In this document: piece after piece, positions 27,945 to 40,969 of the stretch
Position numbering within the stretch: position 1 is the stretch's first letter
Layout: every line of letters starts with the position of its first letter
DNA from: Octopus sinensis
Lineage: Eukaryota
Reading direction: 5' to 3'
Assembly: GCF_006345805.1 (NCBI RefSeq)
Contig: NC_043001.1
Location: 7,626,001-7,690,000, forward strand
DNA length: 64,000 nucleotides
Program-made: the position numbers and the translations under genes
The notes under the pieces: generated by a model
Databases searched by the model: none
Told to the model about the DNA's origin: nothing
What the model saw: the letters and a program-made list of their open reading frames with translations, nothing else

Positions 27945-28075
27945 TGTAGTAGTAGCAGCAGCTTTAGTAGTAGTAGCAGTAGTAGTAGTAGTAATGACTC
28001 GCTGATTATTTAACAAAGTGACATATCTCTGTTATGTAACATTAATCAATATTTTTCATGAAAAACTGCACTGTC
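27851..28075. repeat. (GTA/GCA)n microsatellite plus segment shared with 22197-22447
   Basis: Same ~80-bp segment as in the 22197-22447 feature. Confidence 0.7.
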
Positions 28076-30409
28076 TGCGAACTTAATCTATGTCATAATA
28101 TATATATATGTAACAGATGTGTATTTATGGTTATAGAAAATGTATAAGCGACTGCTTCTATTTACTGTATTGACTTGTTATGATTGGAAACTAATTCTAG
28201 TTATAATTCCGTATACAGACAGCAATGATTTACCTACTTAAAAATGTACATGATGATCGCGGCTGGATTGCATCTAATCTCGGATTTTGTACAATCATGG
28301 CCTTTGTGCGGCTACAAAGTAACGCTCCCCAGTTATATTTTCGTAGTATTGCTGTAAATTTAAATTATGTAAGTTATTCTAGAGACAAAAAAAAACGACA
28401 CTTGAAAGTTATTAATATGATATATATTTATGATCTATTAATTCTCATAAATATGATACTGAAAACTTTACAACGTACAGCGCTAAAACAACTTCTCTGA
28501 AACAAAATATCATTTTCACGTATAATATATTCAACGGATATCGATAGTGTGATGATATAGAAATGCGGATAAGTGGTACACTCCAGCACTCGTTATCTCC
28601 TGTTGAGACCGGTAACAAAGTAACATCTATAATTGTCTTTACGATATTGTAATTTCTGTCTACCCGCAGACCGAAAAATCCTTTATAGTTGTTGTTGACG
28701 TTGTTTATGCATGCAGGATGAAATAAGTCGATAGGTTCATTTACATATTGCTCTATAGTGTAGACAAATATATTTTATTGTCTGCTCTGAATTATTTGGT
28801 CAATAATTGACAGTTATTATTTCTTTGGCTTTGGTCTACGTTGGTCAATGACCGGTATTATTTGGCAATTTGCGTAGGTGTTGTATGCTAACACAAATAA
28901 GTTTTAGAGCAAGTTGAATTTCGTCAGAAATTGCATGTTTTACCTATTTAAGACATGTATAAATCTAATGAAGAAATGGAAATTTGAATCTGTGGTTGAG
29001 GTGATTTCAATCTAATTATAAGGAAAGATACTCTACTAGTAGAGACGATTGTATAATTATACAGCATGTTGAAAATATCAGGCAACATATTAGATTGGTG
29101 TCGTGTAATAGAGACTCGTGAGCAGCATTTTGTATAATAATCTGTGAATGATATGAATGCAAATTATCCGAATGAGGCCTCTTGTAGTCATTGCATTATT
29201 ATTGATAGCTAGATTTACTATGACTTGTAGCGTGGGCTCGCTTAAACAAAGATTCGATAAAACCTAGAGATCTGAATATATATGTACAACCATTCTCGGA
29301 AACAGTATGCATGCTTATATAACAATTTAGCATTAGTGACAAGTTAATATTCCAATAACTAACGATCTGTAGAGATTGGAAATCTTAAACGAGGGCGAAA
29401 AAATTACATGGTTATTTTTTCGATACTCCGTCGTCATTACTTGTCTATTATATGCAGTGTAGCATACTTATGGCTTATGTAATATAATATATTTTAGATA
29501 AATCTAGGAAATTCAATAACGTAATTATTAAAGAAAAATTTCTATTACGAATCAAGCCTATGTGCGGCGTTGACACATCAACCTCAACGGAATCGTAAAC
29601 GTGTTAAAACGTGGAATTTAAATTATGAATAATTTTATGATATAATTAGAATGTAATTAAGTTTCACATATATAAATTATAAACGACAAACATATAAGAA
29701 AAATAACTGTATTTTGAGCAGTTTTCTAAACACTTTATCACTCTTCATATAACCCATTACAAACAAAATGATATTACATCTAATAAAATCTGTCACGAAT
29801 AATTTTATACTTTATATATTAAATAATGAAACTTATTAATAATATACACGGAAATTTGAAAATCTATATTCATATTTTTCGATTTATAATTGTTTTGGGG
29901 TTTCTAACGTCCATGAGAGTCCATCAAGAAAAATAAACATTTTTCTTGATTATACTTACTTGAAAATATGAGCACCCACGAATATTTTGCTTGGTTTGCA
30001 GAATAAACTGAACATTCTTCATCCATTAAGACGAAAAGAAGTGATTCATTATCGGCAACAATATATGCTATCACTGTCGATGCTGTAGATACAATAATTT
30101 AAGTGATACAAAACCACGGTATTTCAATAATTCAGAAAGTGTCGCTGGTATTACAAATAAAGACCTCAAATACAAGTGCGTCATTATTTACAAAGTGTGT
30201 CATAAAAATATGTTGGGAATGATCGAGTAAAATCGTATAATGCTTTACAAATGGATAGTGTATTGAAAAATTTAATGCAATACGAAAGGACAGCAATCGC
30301 TACTTTGAGAGTTGAAAGTACAAGAAAGATTTCTGAAATATAATCGCAGATAACGCAAACCGGCAAAGTAACGAGAAAACAAATTTAAGGTAAAAAACAA
30401 ATATAAGTA

Positions 30410-30780
30410 GGAAGGGGAAGCACTCCGTCGGTTACGATGATGAGGGTTCCGGTTGATCCGTGAAATTAACGTGTAAGTGGCTGAGCACTCCACATACACG
30501 TGTACCCTTAACGTAGTTCTCGGTGATATTCAGCGTGACACAGAGAGTGACAAGGCCGGCCCCTTGAAATACAGGTACAACAGAAAAAGGAAGTAAGAGT
30601 GAAAGAAAGTTGTGGTGAAAGAGTACAGCAGGGATCACCACCATCCCCTGCCGGAGCCTCGTGGAGCTTTTTTAGGTGTTTTCGCTCAATAAACACTCAC
30701 AACGCCCGGTCTGGGAATCGAAACCGCGATCCTATGACCGCGAGTCCGCTGCCCTAACCACTGGGCCATTGCACCTCCAC
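30410..30780 (-). mobile_element. Full-length tRNA-derived SINE with 15-bp TSD
   Basis: Minus head GTGGAGGTGCAATGGCCCAGTGGTTAGG...GGTTTCGATTCCC; TSD AAACAAATATAAGTA at 30395-30409 and 30781-30795. Confidence 0.9.
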
Positions 30781-31435
30781 AAACAAATATAAGTATAGTT
30801 GAAAAGATTATAAGGAGAAGAAAAACCAGTTGGTGCATGTGATTTCCAACATGAACTTGCTTTTAATTAGAAAGCGTCATAACGAGAAACAAAAGAAATA
30901 TAAGGAATATGAAATATACCACTTGAATTTAATGGCATAGAGGCATACAATTTGGTAATTACGAGACATCATCTAGAAAAGTTGAAAATTTTAATAAATG
31001 AAGAATTTATGTTGAATGGCGTTTGATATACCTGCATTTGTTAAATTTGCTAAATTAGATGTCACCAGGGAAGCAGAATTATTTCTCTACGTTGATTTTC
31101 CCTCCAATTATGCGAAATACTTAAGCAATAAAAGATTCCTAATTATCTAGAAAATAGTTAAGATTCTTGACTACTTATATTGAGGTGTCGCATTGTCTAG
31201 CTGATGAGACATATTCTTGCAGAAAGACACGTCATCAGAAATAGACTAATCCCCAGAAAATAAGCATAATTTTCCCTTTCTGTCAAGTGAAGTGTGGAGA
31301 ATATTTGACTTCTGTGTTAATTGGTTCTTCTCACATAGAACTACATATAATTGGTACTTCGTAATTAAGCCACATTCTCTTCCAGTGAATATAGCTATAC
31401 TAATAAAGAATTTAAGTTATATGGCATTCGAGGTT

Positions 31436-31451
31436 TATATATATATAATAT

Positions 31452-31490
<39 letters not shown>

Positions 31491-31798
31491 ATAGCACATT
31501 TATGTATATATATATATATATATATAACAATAATATATTTATGTATATATATATATATAACAATAATATATTTATGTATATATATATATATAACAATAAT
31601 ATATTTATGTATGTATATATATATATTATATATATATATATATAAATAATATATTTATATACATGTATATATATATAAATAATATATATATATATATTTG
31701 TATTTATATACATATATATATGTATATATATATATATATAAATAATATATTTATATACATGTATATATATATATATATATTATATATATATATAATAT

Positions 31799-31838
<40 letters not shown>

Positions 31839-31868
31839 GTATATATATATATATATGTATATATATAC

Positions 31869-31923
<55 letters not shown>

Positions 31924-31948
31924 CAATCTAAACATATATATATGTATG

Positions 31949-32007
<59 letters not shown>

Positions 32008-32030
32008 GTGTTTGAGAGAGAGAGAGAGAG
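31436..32030. repeat. AT-rich minisatellite/microsatellite block (unit ~ (AT)n-AACAATAATATATTTATGT), followed by (GT)n and (GA)n
   Basis: Direct reading. Confidence 0.85.
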
Positions 32031-32044
32031 AAAAAAATAACTTC

Positions 32045-32225
32045 CGTACTTACGAAAATGCCCCTAGGTACCAACTAAAAGAAAAATGCCAAACAATCAA
32101 CCACCTTCTCTTCGTGGATGATTTGAAACTTTATCATAAGTATGAGTCCTTTGCGAACACGATCCACTGTTTTAGTACTGATATTAGAAGATATTTTGGA
32201 CAAAACAAAGCAATGCAGGAAAAAT
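32045..32225 (+). pseudogene. R4/Dong-type reverse transcriptase fragment
   Basis: [23 protein letters not shown]...[16 protein letters not shown] matches the HLL(F/Y)MDDLKLY...FSxDIxMxFG signature of RLE-clade RTs. Confidence 0.75.
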
Positions 32226-32407
32226 GAACGATGAAAATAATAACATTGTGTAACACGGTTTTTTCTTGGGTAGAAACTTTTTATTTTCCTATCTGCTTAC
32301 CTCTTGAAAGTATGAAAGACTAAAATTTCCTTCAAACTTATGTTTTGTTGTAATATTTATTCAAATCTTAAAATACCCCCCTCAACACATAGCTATGATA
32401 TTCCCTC

Positions 32408-32449
32408 ACTACTCCTGATTATGAAACTCAAGTGCGAAACTCAAGTGGT
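32408..32449 (+). ncRNA. Decayed hammerhead-like motif in a ~32255-32520 repeat fragment
   Basis: ACTACTC CTGATTA...GC GAAAC TC AAGTGGT; stem I mostly pairs, but G8 is changed and stem II is poor. Confidence 0.3.
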
Positions 32450-34058
32450 TCATGTAAAAGAACTGAGAAGTAAATCTATGTTATTGAGCAGTTTATTTGC
32501 TAAAACGATATTTCTACATTAGCAATTTAGCGCTGGATCTGTTTGAAATACAATGGGTAATCGGTCAGGTTCAAAATCGCATGCACATAAGTAAACTGTG
32601 AAGGGAACAGTAGCCATATCCTTTGATTTCTAAATAGAAGCAAAGTGAAAAATGTAAGTTTATAAGTTTACCCACATAGTGTAACGGATGCCTTACATAG
32701 TAATTTACGCTAATAACAGAATGGGGTTGCCAGACGAATTTGCTTGCTTTCACTTACCAATTATCTTCATCTTTATTTGTCTACATTTTGGCAAATCAAT
32801 CAATAATATGTTCCTCAAAACCGCCTGCTTTCTTTTTTTTTCTCTTTTTTGCTTGTCAACATCTTGACGGTCGAATTAATAGGACCTTCACGCGAAAAAT
32901 TCATAGAGCCACATTCTCAGCTGGTCATCATTGTTCAGTAAAACGCTTCATAGATTTTCCGAGATAAACCGAAAAATATGCGATAATACGGAGGATCAAG
33001 AGAATACGGAAGTACTTCACAGCCTAGTTCTTCAATAGCATTTTTGATTAAATTTAAAACAGTGAAAATATTTTGAAAACATACCCATTATGAACAAGAT
33101 TTATGAAAATTCCTGAAAGCACACGCCTTAAAACATATCTCAATTTCATTTAGGTCTTTCAAGACATTGCTCGTTGTAAATTTAGATGTTTTCGTTTAGA
33201 AATTATTAATGAAACGTAATGACTGCTTGCGTAATCAGTATGTGACAAATTTTACGTAGCACTGGTGACGAACATAGAGTACAGAAACACCGTATTGGGG
33301 CACAAAACATAGTTTCTACACCTACAGTTACATAGTGATTTTCACTAGATTAATGCATAAATTTCGGAATTAAAGAAAGGTGAACAGGATGGCACATTAT
33401 TAAATAATTATATTAAAGTAAAATAGATAATTGCTATTGTGAAGTATCTAATTATAGTAGGATATATTTATCATTAGTAAATATGGTTAGTTTCTCACTG
33501 GGAAACCCTAACAGAAGCTGCGTGATTAGAATTTAACATGGCTGTGCATGTCTTACTAGCAACATTGCTTTCTAAATTACTGGTTTTACAATACATGACA
33601 TATTTTGCGAAAAAGATGACTTAATTATTAAGACAACAAAAACAATAACGTTGTAGATTAACATTATAAAGTTATTAGATTTTATAAATGACTAATCGTT
33701 AATATTGACATTAAAGCAAATTAAGTTATATCGCTAACATGACAAGTGTCTATAAATTAATACATTATATAACTAATTATGTTACGTTAATTAAGTTAAC
33801 ATACACCTGTATGGTTGCCAACGGCATATATAGATACTGATGTATGTCTATCAACTAGTTTTCGCAGCGATATGATTACTATGTACACAAAGTTTAAGAG
33901 TGAAACTAGAATCATGGTTTATTTCTGTTAGTTCGCTAACATTTATATATATATACTAACACTTAATATGATCTGTCTGGTACCGTTAGGTGGAGCAATA
34001 TGTTCAATTATTCCAGTACCCTCGAATTTAATATTTCAATATTTAATTATTAAGGAAT

Positions 34059-34141
34059 GCCATGTTGATGAGGAAAATGGTAGGTAAAATATAATTCTAT
34101 ATTCTTTATACCGATCTAATTCCGAAACGCGCGTCCATGGC
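34059..34141 (+). ncRNA. Type I hammerhead motif with long stem II and U3 substitution
   Basis: GCCATG TTGATGA GGAA-(44 nt)-TTCC GAAAC GCGC GTC CATGGC: perfect 6-bp stem I, G-C-closed stem II, palindromic ACGCGCGT stem III, GUC triplet. Confidence 0.75.
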
Positions 34142-34345
34142 TGACCAGATATTGATTGATTTTCGTTGCTTTCCTCTCTGCCTATGTGGATTGTCTTCAG
34201 GTATTTTGGTTTCTCTGGGAATCCCTTTTTAAAGTAGAAGAAATAGCTCAGGTTTTGGCTGCTATTTCTAAACTTTGGTATGTGGTAAAGCAAATCATTG
34301 CTGAACCCTAACAATTAAGTATTATTTAAATATATATATATATAT

Positions 34346-34646
34346 ACAGTATTAGCAAGATAGATGATAAGAGTAATATATTTTATTTGGTACGACACGT
34401 TTCGACTCATTCTGGATCTCTTCAGGCACATCAATAAAAAGTATCACTACAGGTTTCCTCAGTCGGCTTACGTATCACTATATGTCCATCAAATTATTAA
34501 ATTCTTGAATTTGATGGACATATAGCGGTATGTAAGCCGATTGAGTAAATTTTTATTGATATACCTCAAGAGATCCAGAACGAGTGAAAATATGTGCCGT
34601 ACCCAATAAGCTATATTACTATTTCCATCTATTTTATTAATCCTGT
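34346..34646. mobile_element. Fold-back inverted repeat (~145-bp arms) bearing a hammerhead
   Basis: Centre TATATGTCCATCAAATT-ATTAAATTCTTG-AATTTGATGGACATATA; arms match out to ACAG.ATTA / TAAT.CTGT. Confidence 0.8.
34390..34429 (-). ncRNA. Minimal type I hammerhead motif, canonical core
   Basis: Minus strand: GTGC CTGAAGA GATCCAGAATGAGTC GAAAC GT GTC GTAC; mirror copy at ~34561-34602 is decayed. Confidence 0.7.
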
Positions 34647-34778
34647 TACCCTACAGCCACTACGAAGTCCCTGCAATAAATCTACGGCTAACAACAGGGA
34701 ATCGAAACTGTGCCGGTTCTTTACTCATCAGCTATTTATACATTTTGTATAATTTCTGCAATGCATGTATGTATATAT

Positions 34779-34843
<65 letters not shown>

Positions 34844-34847
34844 CAAG

Positions 34848-34950
34848 CAGACAGACTGACTGGCAGACTGACAGATAGACAGACAAACAGACATATAGAT
34901 AGATAGATAGATATATAGATAGATAGATAGCTAGATAGATAGATAGATAT

Positions 34951-35005
<55 letters not shown>

Positions 35006-35027
35006 TATCGATTGGTAGGTAGATAGG

Positions 35028-35108
<81 letters not shown>
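34848..35108. repeat. (ATAG)n/(ACAG)n microsatellite
   Basis: Direct reading. Confidence 0.95.
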
Positions 35109-35109
<1 letters not shown>

Positions 35110-35674
35110 TGGCAGTGTGGGGACAAACGAACGAACGACACTCGAGTAGTTTTATTTGGAGTTACGTGTATGGATCAAAAGAGATTGATTCAAATTAGTT
35201 GCCACACCGAGTTCCATGTGTGATGCTGGTCTGCAGCCATTTTTAATTTGAATGAAAGAAGCTGATTGTTATTATCGTGAGGTGGGCATCGATTGGTCGC
35301 GGAATGTCATGCGGTGCCATGATTTGATGTTTTCATATAGGTATATGAATCATAACAATCATTTGGAAAATACCGCATGGTAAACAGGAAGTCGACCGCA
35401 TGGTGGGCAGGAAATCGCCATATTGTGCGTGATGTGAGCTTGCATAGGAGTGCGAGCGCACGCACTGGCATGCACACACCAACACACACACACTTATATG
35501 AACGAATATGCACACGCGCTCACACACACGCACGCATTCATACATGCTTACACATGTACACACGCGCTTACATGTGTAAGCATGTGTGAATCTCTTACTC
35601 TTTCCATCTATCTATTGATATGTACGTATGAATATACGCTTGCATGTACGTTAGTGCGCGCGCACTAATATACA

Positions 35675-36400
35675 CTGGGGGTTGAACAATTTGTAATACT
35701 TATGACAGATGGTGATTTTTCATCAGTTGAAGGTTGGAGTCTGTGGTGCTGCGGACGCAGTTTTACGACTGTTGATGCGTGCGATATTCGATGCGATGTT
35801 GTCTATGCAGGAGTAGCTTGCGTCAACATTATGGAGGTTGATGAGTTTGTAATAGTTGTAGGCTGTGGGGAAGTGTTTCTTAATTACCGACAGGAAGCCA
35901 GTATTTAAGATGGCGGGAACTTCTACGTTAAAAGCGAGGAATATAGCATATCCGTTTTCTTTTCCTAATTCCTTTCGGGTGATGTGAGTCTGTTTAGGTG
36001 TTGTCCACATACGTGAGCTTCTCAGTAAGCCCGCTCCTAGCCAAAGCATCGTTGTAGTGGTGGACGGCCTTGTTAACGATCTCTCTATTGACCGAAAGAT
36101 TAGATATTTGTTTGCTAACACCTGAAACCAGTTTTCTAATTATAGCGGGGTGGATTCTTTGGACTATAGATGATGTATACTATTTCTTCTTTAGACTTCC
36201 TCTCCGGGTAAGACTTGCGCATATTCAGGTGTGAGGTTATATCCAAGGCATCGACCGTAGTGAGGTTGATGGGAACCGTTACGTAGTGGCCGAAATCATT
36301 AAAGATTTTTACCAAGTCCTTCGTGAAGCTATTAATGGCGTGCCGTTCATATCCCCAAAGCTTACGAATCTTCAAACTGTTATCAATTCCCAACGCATAC
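35675..36400 (-). pseudogene. Penelope-like element relic: RT C-terminus, thumb and linker toward GIY-YIG
   Basis: Frameshifted peptides LVKIFNDFGHYVTVPINLTTVDALDIT..LNMRKSYPERKSKEEIVYI...KNPP (cf. PLE NLxxVDFLDVT..Y.PYRKPN..Y...SNHPP) and FNVEV...FLSVIKKHFP..YYKLINLHNVDASYSCIDNIASNIARINSRK (cf. FL.LI.KHFP..KIFN..VK.SYSCM.N). Confidence 0.8.
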
Positions 36401-36635
36401 CATATTCCAACGCATGTTAAACGTATGTATATTCACACATGCACGTGCAGTAACCATGTGCACGCGTATTTGTGTCGAACCTCGAACTAATGTGTTTGCG
36501 TGTGCATGCATGCGTGCGTATATACATATGCGCATATAAATAAATACGCATGCGTGTGTGCGTACAAATGTACGCATGTACGTGTATGCGCTTGAGTGTT
36601 TGTTCAAATGCATGTTTGTTCATATGTAGTGGAGG

Positions 36636-36713
<78 letters not shown>

Positions 36714-36833
36714 TTAATAAGGGTGAGAGAATTAGATACTAATTTAATAGTATATCTATTCAACACAAGTGGCCTAGTGCTCCGAGAAACCTGGATTATT
36801 ATAATATTTTATAATATATTATAATATTTTTAC

Positions 36834-37228
36834 AAAATAAATATAAGAGAGTGGTCACTATATGGCTCACTCTAGCACCAGTTAATCCAAAAGGTTTCAA
36901 CCAAAAAAATACATGTTTCCCATGAAAGTCAGTACGATTGTTAGCTCACACGGACAGGGCAAATAAAAAATAACAAAAATACAGATTATTTTGGGACAAT
37001 TGTTTCGCTATTAATGAATTAAATGTCATGCTATTACATTTAATTCATTAATAGCGAAACAATTGTCCCAAAATAATCTGTATTTTTGTTATTTTTTATT
37101 TGCCCTGTCCGTGTGAGCTAACAATCGTACTGACTTTCATGGGAAACATGTATTTTTGTGGTTGAAACCTTTTGGATTAACTGGTGCTAGAGTGAGCCAT
37201 ATAGTGACCACTCTCTTATATTTATTTT
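36834..37228. repeat. Near-perfect palindrome: 193-bp arms, 9-nt loop, one mismatch seen; includes the 3' half of a hammerhead
   Basis: Arms 36834-37026 and 37036-37228, loop CATGCTATT; GC GAAAC AATT GTC CCAAAA at 37054-37073. Confidence 0.9.
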
Positions 37229-37249
37229 ATATATATATATATATACTTC

Positions 37250-37392
37250 ATTTAGAAGCAACAGAAATATAACAAAAGCTTGTTACTCAGCTATCCGACG
37301 AACTACTGCTTTTAAATAAAGCATATTACTCTACCTCTTGTATCTGAGTACTCTTATTTCCACCTTGTTTCACATTTATGTGCTTACTCCGG
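37250..37392 (+). mobile_element. Deleted derivative of the HHR repeat family seen at 54790-54935
   Basis: Shares AAGCA.CAGAAA..AACAAA..TGTTACTC and TTTCCACCTTGTTTCACATTTATGTG.TTACTCCG; contains CTAT CCGACGA AC. Confidence 0.6.
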
Positions 37393-37403
37393 TATATATA
37401 TAT

Positions 37404-37458
<55 letters not shown>

Positions 37459-37631
37459 GAGCGTTGACTTACGCTTAATGCATTGCAGTTCAGGGGTAGA
37501 AAATAAAAGGAAAAGGAAGCCTAACAATGAAGAGTATTATACTTCAATTTTTCTTTCAGAAGAAATAGACATTTGCACCCGAAATGTAATTCTTCGTAAA
37601 TTGTTTTTTCAATGTCAGAAGCTTCTCATAT

Positions 37632-37692
<61 letters not shown>

Positions 37693-40600
37693 GTATACTC
37701 AGTGAGTGGGAGAGCCATGGTTTGGTTGAGAGAGAGTTGTTCGGGATGGAATTGGCATTTGTAATGAATAGCCATCAGTAATTCCAACTTACCTTCGACG
37801 TGCTGTGAGAATGCTATACACACGGTATACGTTTTAAAAAGTATCTCATATAGACATACGTTGCTAAGATGTGCATAAATTTATCATAAGTTGAGGGAAA
37901 ATGTCAGCATCTGCCGGGGAATAGCTGAATCGCGTGATTTCTGCGAGCTTCGCGTCATCATCGGCTGGCGTCTACAATCGCATTATATTCAGGCATTTAT
38001 ATTTTTCTTCACTGAAGCACGAAAGAAATTTCACGTGTTTATGATCTTCAGGTAAAATATCAGCGCCATTTTCAATAAAAAGCAACATTTCCAAAATATG
38101 TTTTACCTACTCTTTAAAGCTAATTTTCAAACTCTTTGGTCTGATTCCAATACAAAGTTGCAGAAACCACACATTACATTCTTATTGGCAATCTGATATA
38201 TCACAAAAACAGCTTCATTATTTGAAATATTACAAGAATGTATACGCTATGCATGTCGAAAAGCTTCATCCACAGCATTTTTGAAAATATAACACAAACA
38301 GATTCGTTAACATAAGCTTTGTTCGGTTTTTGTAATATGTACTGTAGGCATAATACTTTAAGACTGATCATCTACATTTTATTGAAACCTAACCAGGAAT
38401 ATTTCAGTTAATTTCATTATTAATTATATGAAATATATACGTTTTTAGTTACCCAGTTAATAACACGTTTAATTATGAACATTAATTAAAATTCACATCG
38501 ATTTGACGTTATATAATTGACAATAATTCATACTGCTAATGACATTAATGCATTTTATCCAAGATTTAATTAACATGCTTTGCAGCAATGCCTTAAAACA
38601 GAAAACATTTAACATGTTTTAAATTATATCGAAATGTTCGAATGAGCGATATTGGAATACGTGTTATCTTTCATTTCATCAGTAAATATCAATTATAAAG
38701 TAAAACTATATTTATCCTTTAAAATAACAATCGTTATTTTATATCCAATTACGTTTCGATGTCCTTTTAGATTTCGAGTGCGCTACAACAACACGATGCA
38801 GTTGTTTCATTTTAATTAAGGAACCCCTATATGCTGCTAAGGAGTATATACGTGACAACAATACGTGGTATGACAAAGAACCGACGAGGTAGATGTGATA
38901 TTAATTGTGCAAACTAAAATGTCTGTTTCATATTCGTGATGTATAATCTTGAAAAATGAAGCGTTTTCTTTTCATAGACAATTACTGTGATGCGTCCCAA
39001 CGTAAATTTTCTTGACATGCAAACTCTCAACATCACAAAAGTTGTAGCCTGACCCAATCGTCATCACCAGCAGGTGTTTCTAACTCACATCGGAAACCGA
39101 TTTGGCGTTGCTTCTAACAAAACCTTCTTGCACACAGAGGATGAAACTTCAGGAGTGTTGCACAGGCAGCTTAGTAGATCCAAACCGACACTAAATTTTC
39201 AGCTCAATACTTATAAATACGCTCCTGTATGTTCCGGCAATTTTTCTCTCCAAACAATAAAGAAAACCCTGCCCTCTTTGTGCTTTTCAACAAAACATGT
39301 AGAGTCAATTCCTTCGTGTATCAGCAAGCTTCAATGATCATCTTTTCTCCTTTCGATTACGTCAGCCGGATGGTCGCTATTATTGAATGTATCTTATGAG
39401 CATCCTATATGTCCCACATTGCAGGGATTAGATTTCAAAATACAAAAAATCCAGCTTTTTATCACAACATTTGATGTGACAATACTACACACATATTCCA
39501 TACCACACCCAGAATAAATGTACTACTCAAATTGCAATCTATTCCCTCGTAGACTAAAACATCTGATGTTTTCTCCTCCGCTTTCTCTCTATCTTTACTA
39601 TAGATATCTCTTTAGCAGGAGCGCACTAAGAGATCTCAGACCCGTAGTAATTAATTATTTTGACAATTATCTCCACACGTAGTATGTATAATTCTAAAGG
39701 CCAGCTCTAAGGCCCTTGCCAATTCCTGTCTCAAGTACCCCTTTCTTTCATTGTATTCACTCCCAATATGAATTTCCCTCGCAACATCCATTTTATCTTC
39801 TTCAGCGGCTCCTAATTTAAGTCACTCTTACGAACCTATGGAAATTTTTAGGAAACATGACGAAATAATTTCACAGAAATCAACAACATTAAGAGAAGTG
39901 TTTAAACAAAATCACAACGAATGTTCCTAAAGTTATTGAAAGTCAGGATGATGTTTCGTAGTATATTTCCTGTCACACGCCTTTGGATAATTAGAAAATA
40001 ATCATTATTAAAAAATAATTTTTGTTCATCCCATGAGGTTCCTGCTAGCTCGTCTATTTGTTTTGGGTCGTAGAACAAACCGATATTCGAATCGGATTCT
40101 TTCCCGATAGTGAGCTTTAATATCATAAACATTATCAAGTATATATGCAATTAAAGCATCTGAAATAAATTAGCGTTGTTGCGTTAATTAAAAGTATTTG
40201 AAAGGATTCCCTTAATTAGAGAATGAAATGTCAACATAATTACAAAATAATTATTTCGCAATTTATGGCTTTACACTGTGGTCAATGAATATCAGGAGAA
40301 ATAAGAATCTGAAATAATTTCGAAATTTCCGAATCAAAAATTTAATTCTGATACAAATTCATATATTTCAATCGATGGTTACTCTGTCATATCGATAGTT
40401 GACGAAAAAAAAAACAAGCATTTTACAATTTTAAAACCATCAAATAATGAAATATATCCAGCTGCTCTAAAGTGGAATCTAACGGATCTTATAATGAAAT
40501 GCAACCACTGCGAGACAGCTATTTTCATCGATTTCTAATATTTCTGACATCAGCAATAGAAAGGTGGTACAACCAGACAACCATTGAAAATTACGTTCTC

Positions 40601-40969
40601 CATCACATGAAATCATCTTTGCACTTTAGTGGTCACCACAAACACTTCGTATGTCGTGTTTGATTCAATGGAGACGTACGCTCTTGTATCGCACATACGT
40701 TAAACTGCAAATTAAATATTCAACGAAATTTATGTTGTTAGTCTGGATATTAGAAATATTGTATAGCTTCCCCCATCACATATCTAAAGCATATATAGCT
40801 TCCTGTTACATCCAACTACATCAAACATTGAAGATATCTTTCTAACAGATCTTAATAAACTTCTGTTTTCTCCAGTTTTTGTTTCACCCCAAAACCCTTC
40901 ATTGTATACATTCTTTATAGAACCTACATATTCTGTCTTCCTAATACAACCGCTTTCATGTATATAATA

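Noticed and set aside
31195-31240. CTGATGA...GAAA...GTC hammerhead-like spacing
   Set aside because: Neither stem I nor stem II pairs.
37785-37830. Minus-strand AAG/GTAAGT donor-like site suggesting a small exon
   Set aside because: No supported ORF or convincing acceptor; such words arise by chance.
39040-39840. Possible decayed retroelement coding sequence
   Set aside because: No recognisable domain motif in the frames I could read.
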